64,000 nucleotides of DNA, taken from Akkermansiaceae bacterium (GTDB taxonomy: Bacteria; Verrucomicrobiota; Verrucomicrobiia; Verrucomicrobiales; Akkermansiaceae). Location of the stretch: positions 32,001-96,000 of the forward strand of contig JBPOGF010000009.1 in NCBI GenBank assembly GCA_051251915.1, in the 5' to 3' direction. Below, piece after piece: positions 59,651-64,000 of the stretch. The notes beneath the pieces are model-generated. The model had not been told where the DNA came from. It saw only the letters and a program-made list of their open reading frames with translations, and searched no databases. The first letter of the stretch is position 1. Each line of letters begins with the position of its first letter. The translations under genes and the position numbers were made by a program.

Positions 59651-60643
59651 ATGACCTACACAGCAGACCAAGACAGATACGACGGCAGAATGAACTACAA
59701 CCGCTGTGGCAGAAGCGGCCTTAAACTCCCTGAAATCTCCCTCGGATTCTGGCACAACTTCGGCGATGTAGATGACCTCACAGAATCTCGCGCCATCATG
59801 CACCGCGCATTCGATGCCGGCATCACCCACTTCGACTTCGCCAACAACTACGGACCACCTCCAGGCTCCGCCGAGACCAATGCAGGAGAGATCCTCAGAC
59901 AAGACTTCAAACAACACCGAGACGAACTCATCATCTCCTCCAAAGCCGGCTACCACATGTGGGACGGCCCCTACGGAGAATGGGGTTCTCGCAAATACAT
60001 CCTCTCCTCCCTGGACCAGTCACTCAAACGCCTCCAGATGGACTACGTAGACATCTTCTACCACCACAGACCAGACCCAGACACCCCACTAGAAGAATCC
60101 ATGGGAGCACTCGCCACCGCAGTCAACCAAGGCAAAGCCCTCTACGCCGGCATCTCTAACTACCCAGCAGAACTCGCCGCAGAAGCCATCACCCTACTCA
60201 GAGAAATGGGCACCCCATGCCTCATCCACCAAGCAAAATACTCACTCCTAGACCGCTGGATTGAAAACGGACTAACAGACACCCTAACAGACAGCGGCGT
60301 CGGTTGCATCGCCTTCTCCCCACTCGCCCAAGGAATGCTCACAGACCGCTACCTAGCAGGAATCCCAGCAGACTCACGCGCCGGAAAACAACACGGCTTC
60401 CTGCAGAAATCTGAAGTCGAAGAACAGAAAACAAAAATCATCCAACTCAACGAAATCGCCAAGCAACGCGGCGAATCCCTCGCCTCCATGTCACTAGCCT
60501 GGACGCTCAACCACCCAACCGTCACCTCCACACTCATCGGAGCCAGCAGCGTTGCCCAACTCAACGAAAACCTCACAGCTCTAAACAGCCCAGCCTTCTC
60601 AGATGGCGAACTCCTAGAAATAAACAGCATCCTAAAACACTAA
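59651..60643 (+). CDS. Aldo/keto reductase (L-glyceraldehyde 3-phosphate reductase-like)
   Basis: SLGFWHNFG, THFDFANNYGPPPGSAE, DIFYHHRPD. Confidence 0.88.
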   Translation: MTYTADQDRYDGRMNYNRCGRSGLKLPEISLGFWHNFGDVDDLTESRAIMHRAFDAGITHFDFANNYGPPPGSAETNAGEILRQDFKQHRDELIISSKAGYHMWDGPYGEWGSRKYILSSLDQSLKRLQMDYVDIFYHHRPDPDTPLEESMGALATAVNQGKALYAGISNYPAELAAEAITLLREMGTPCLIHQAKYSLLDRWIENGLTDTLTDSGVGCIAFSPLAQGMLTDRYLAGIPADSRAGKQHGFLQKSEVEEQKTKIIQLNEIAKQRGESLASMSLAWTLNHPTVTSTLIGASSVAQLNENLTALNSPAFSDGELLEINSILKH

Positions 60644-60666
60644 ACACCCCATTAAATCCTCCCCCC

Positions 60667-60921
60667 TTACCTACCCCGCATGCCTCTTATAAGCCACAAA
60701 ACCGCATAACCACAGATCGGAGCTATCTTTAAACTTCTCTCCTCAGCATAAGCCACCACCCCCTTCATCAACCGGCCCGCAGTCCCCTTGCCTCGCAAAG
60801 CAAGATCAGCCTCCACATGATGAATGCTCATCACACCATCCGCGATAGTGTAGTCAGCAAATGCCAACTTACCCTCCTCGCTTAATTCCAGCCGCTGCCG
60901 TTGCTGATTATCAATAATCAT
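60667..60921 (-). CDS. Small GNAT (YjdJ-like)
   Basis: HHVEADLALRGKGTAGRL; APICGY. Confidence 0.8.
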   Translation of the reverse strand: MIIDNQQRQRLELSEEGKLAFADYTIADGVMSIHHVEADLALRGKGTAGRLMKGVVAYAEERSLKIAPICGYAVLWLIRGMRGR

Positions 60922-61035
60922 ATTCTCACACGTTTAAACCCAGCCAGCACTCCCGCTCACTAGTCTACCTAACAATCAAGAAGCACTCATCTTGGTCGGA
61001 AGAACCTCCGCTCTCCCCACCTTAAGATGATCCAC

Positions 61036-61407
61036 CTAGTTGATAAACTTAATCGTCCCCACCTTAGTAGGATCCTCACCACGAGCCATTGCCTCATGCT
61101 GGGCATCAGTACAAGCACTATCAGTTGGCGCATCAGCAGCTTCCTCACTAGACTCAAGCAAACCATTCTCAACCATCCAATGCTCCACCTCTTCGCCAGA
61201 AACATCAGCTAGCATCGTGCCATTCACCTCCACACAAGGACTAAGCGGCTGGCCACTCTTCTGCTCCATTTCCCAGCGAAACGCAGGATTCTTAATGATG
61301 TCCTTCTCCTCAAACTCAAGGTTATACTTACGCATTACCGCGCGCACACCCTCACTCCATCCACAAAATGTTTTTAAATACGTTACAATTTTTATCTCTT
61401 GGCTCAT
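61036..61407 (-). CDS. Monothiol glutaredoxin-like protein
   Basis: CGWS motif; SGQPLSPCVEVNG. Confidence 0.8.
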   Translation of the reverse strand: MSQEIKIVTYLKTFCGWSEGVRAVMRKYNLEFEEKDIIKNPAFRWEMEQKSGQPLSPCVEVNGTMLADVSGEEVEHWMVENGLLESSEEAADAPTDSACTDAQHEAMARGEDPTKVGTIKFIN

Positions 61408-61627
61408 TTTCTTTATAATTCGTTGTTAAATTCTTCCTCAACCTTACCCAGACTTTCACCAAATGCAACCACTTGCCCCGAAAAGTAGGCAGAGAATGAT
61501 AAAAAATAGCCAAATTTACAATTTTTCGTAAAAAACAATTTGCAATTCCCTCTAAAATCAGATAGCTCTTCGCCCCGCAACTGCACCTAGAGTGCATTTC
61601 TCTAAAAATTTCAACACAGACATTCCG

Positions 61628-61972
61628 ATGAACATCATCAATAAAATCGAGCAAGAGCAGCTCAAAGACGACGTAACAGATTTCAACGTAGGTGACACAG
61701 TTAAAGTGCACACACGCGTTGTCGAGGGTGGTAAAGAGCGTATCCAGCTTTTCGCTGGACTCTGCATCGGCCGTAAAGGTTCAGGCGTTAACGCATCATT
61801 CACTATCCGTAAGATTTCATACGGTGAAGGAGTTGAGCGTGTATTCCCAGTCCACACACCACGTATCGCTAAGATCGAAGTTACTGCTCGCGGCAAAGTT
61901 CGCCGTGCTAAACTTAACTACCTTCGTGACCGCGTAGGTAAAAGCGCTCTCAAAGTGAAAGCCGCTGATTAA
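61628..61972 (+). CDS. rplS: 50S ribosomal protein L19
   Basis: [27 protein letters not shown]. Confidence 0.97.
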   Translation: MNIINKIEQEQLKDDVTDFNVGDTVKVHTRVVEGGKERIQLFAGLCIGRKGSGVNASFTIRKISYGEGVERVFPVHTPRIAKIEVTARGKVRRAKLNYLRDRVGKSALKVKAAD

Positions 61973-62011
61973 TCCAATTTTTTATAAGTTTTTTTCATAG
62001 TAAACTTAGTT

Positions 62012-62048
62012 AAAAATCGACCACTCATTGTAGTGGTCGATTTTTTTT
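62012..62048 (+). terminator. rplS terminator
   Basis: AAAAATCGACCACT-CATTGT-AGTGGTCGATTTTTTTT. Confidence 0.9.
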
Positions 62049-62202
62049 GCGCCCCCCCTCCTCTCCATCATACCAACCTCATGACACCCGCCACCCCACA
62101 AGCGCCCACATACATTAGCTCTCCTAAGCTCTCACAAATATTTATAACTCAGCCCCTAAATCCTGCTGTTCATCGGGCAGGTTTGTGCTAATTTTTTCAC
62201 AC

Positions 62203-63105
62203 ATGAGATTCCCTTGGTACATCTATGCCCCACTCAGCCTACTCGTCACCTTCCTGACGCTCTACCTCTGCGTCAAAGACCACGACATCGTCACCCCCCC
62301 GACCCCGCAAGAAACCGCTGAATCACTTCGCATCTGGAGAGAAGACAACCCCACCATCAGAAACACCAAGCTCACAGACATCCCACCCGCAACACCCAAA
62401 TCCCAACCAAAGCCTAAACCCGCAACACCCAAAACCACCCCCAAGCCCACCCCAGAACCAAAACCAAAACCAAAATCAAAACCCATCGTTAAAATCCCCG
62501 AGACCTCACCAGCCCTAAACTCACTAGTAAGGCTTAACCTCACCACCCAGCAACTCACCGCCTACGCTGAGAACATGCTCAAAAACAACAAACCCCAACT
62601 CGCGCGCATCGCCTACGAGCGCATCATCGACTGCGCCAAAGACGCCACTGCCAACAACCGAAAATCCGCCGCTACCGCCATCGCCAAGCTCCTAGACAAA
62701 ACCCCACTCTGGACCCCAGACCCATCAGCACGAAAAAAACTTACCCTCAACCTCACTCTAAATAGCACCTTCAGCAAAGAATCCGCAGACACCATCACCC
62801 AGCTAGAAACCCTCATCTTCGACTCCTCAGACGGCACCCTAGAACCCAACATAAAACTCACCTCCAGCACCGCCCCTCTCTCCTCACTTAACCTAGGAGA
62901 AGGCACACTACTCGTCACATTCAACATCAAAAACAGCTCAGAACTAAACCCTAAAATTCTATCAGCCCTCTACTACTCCATCAGAAACAAAAACAACCAA
63001 TCCCAAAAACTTACCTCCATCCCAGAAATCCCCACACACATCCCCCCCAAGCAAGCACTCCAGACCTACATCACCCGCCTCGCCTGGATCAATGCCGCTC
63101 AATAG
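62203..63105 (+). CDS. Hypothetical membrane-anchored protein with Pro/Lys-rich linker
   Basis: N-terminal TM segment, PKPKP repeats. Confidence 0.65.
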   Translation: MRFPWYIYAPLSLLVTFLTLYLCVKDHDIVTPPTPQETAESLRIWREDNPTIRNTKLTDIPPATPKSQPKPKPATPKTTPKPTPEPKPKPKSKPIVKIPETSPALNSLVRLNLTTQQLTAYAENMLKNNKPQLARIAYERIIDCAKDATANNRKSAATAIAKLLDKTPLWTPDPSARKKLTLNLTLNSTFSKESADTITQLETLIFDSSDGTLEPNIKLTSSTAPLSSLNLGEGTLLVTFNIKNSSELNPKILSALYYSIRNKNNQSQKLTSIPEIPTHIPPKQALQTYITRLAWINAAQ

Positions 63106-63118
63106 AAAAATTAATTTT

Positions 63119-64000
63119 ATGAAATTCCCCAACACCTCAGCCACCCTCCACACCCTCGACAACGGACTCCGCATCATCCTAGATCCAGACTCCTCAGCCC
63201 CCGTCATCTCCACCCAGATCTGGGTCGCCACCGGCAGCATCCACGAAGACAACTTCATGGGCGCAGGAATCTCACACCTCCTAGAGCACATGGTCTTCAA
63301 AGGCACCAAATCCTTCACCGGTGAAGAACTCTCCCAGACCGTCCAAGCCGCCGGCGGACAATGGAACGCCTACACCAGCTTCGACCGCACCGTCTACTAC
63401 ATCGATGGCCCAGCTGAAAGCGCAGAAATCTTCCTCAAGTCTCTAACAGAAATGGTCTTCCACCCCACCTTCCCAGAAGACGAATACGAAAAAGAAAAAG
63501 ACGTCATCCGCAGAGAAATCGACATGGGCCTAGACGATGCAGACAACGCCTCATCCCGCCTCCTCTTCTCCACCGCCCTCGCAGACGACGCCCGCGCCCA
63601 GCCAGTCATCGGCCACCTAGACCTCTTCAACCGCATCACCCACGCAGACATGGTCGGCTACCACCGTGACCGCTACACCACCGAAAACGCCTTCATCTCC
63701 ATCTCCGGAGACTTTGAAACACCAGAAATGTTAGAAACTCTCAACACTCTAACAAAAGACATCAAACGCTCATTCACCAAAGCCGCCATCCCCGCCAGCG
63801 AACCCAAACAACTCGGCCAGCGTAAAGCCACCGGCACATTCTCTATCCCCGCCACCAAGCTAAACATGGCATGGCAAACCGTCTCACTCTCCCACCCAGA
63901 CTCAGCCGCCCTTGACCTACTCTCCGCCATCCTCGGCGGCGGCAGATCATCCAGACTCTACCAGAGCATCCGCGAGCAGCAAAACCTCTGCCACCACATC
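63119..64000 (+). CDS. M16 (pitrilysin) zinc peptidase; runs off the window
   Basis: Manual translation: TLDNGL, GISHLLEHMVFKGT (HxxEH), NAYTSFDRTVY. Confidence 0.92.
   Translation, partial: MKFPNTSATLHTLDNGLRIILDPDSSAPVISTQIWVATGSIHEDNFMGAGISHLLEHMVFKGTKSFTGEELSQTVQAAGGQWNAYTSFDRTVYYIDGPAESAEIFLKSLTEMVFHPTFPEDEYEKEKDVIRREIDMGLDDADNASSRLLFSTALADDARAQPVIGHLDLFNRITHADMVGYHRDRYTTENAFISISGDFETPEMLETLNTLTKDIKRSFTKAAIPASEPKQLGQRKATGTFSIPATKLNMAWQTVSLSHPDSAALDLLSAILGGGRSSRLYQSIREQQNLCHHI

Noticed and set aside
62380..62490. Pro-Lys repeat tract
   Set aside because: Ordinary low-complexity protein linker

Overview
This is a chromosomal window, most likely from a marine Verrucomicrobium (Rubritalea/Akkermansiaceae-like). 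That assignment is inferred from the PEP-CTERM proteins, sulfatases, GntR-LacI hybrid regulator and ribosomal gene order. Core content: a fragmented str/S10 cluster on the minus strand (rpsL-rpsG // fusA // rpsJ..rplX), prfB with its +1 frameshift, rplS, dinB, a CzcCBA-type metal efflux operon and polysaccharide-degrading enzymes. Accessory content: (i) 20.1-26.7 kb holds three phage tail-collar paralogues, a GNAT, a DUF6916-like gene, a Tat-signal pseudo-nucleotidyltransferase and two PEP-CTERM proteins (one with thioester-domain motifs). A 24-bp perfect palindrome lies upstream of the collar genes. This is the best candidate for an undescribed system. (ii) A fused double RlaP-type nucleotidyltransferase. 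(iii) An rmlA/rmlC/AsnB sugar-modification cluster. (iv) An island between rpsG and fusA with AbiEi/AbiEii, a class III Fic, a nonsense pseudogene and a decayed duplicate of the rpsG 3' end. Non-coding signals include two related MITEs (one inserted into an IS630 remnant), REP-like hairpins, a shared promoter in front of each ribosomal fragment and a likely LexA box. All calls were made by eye, without database searches.
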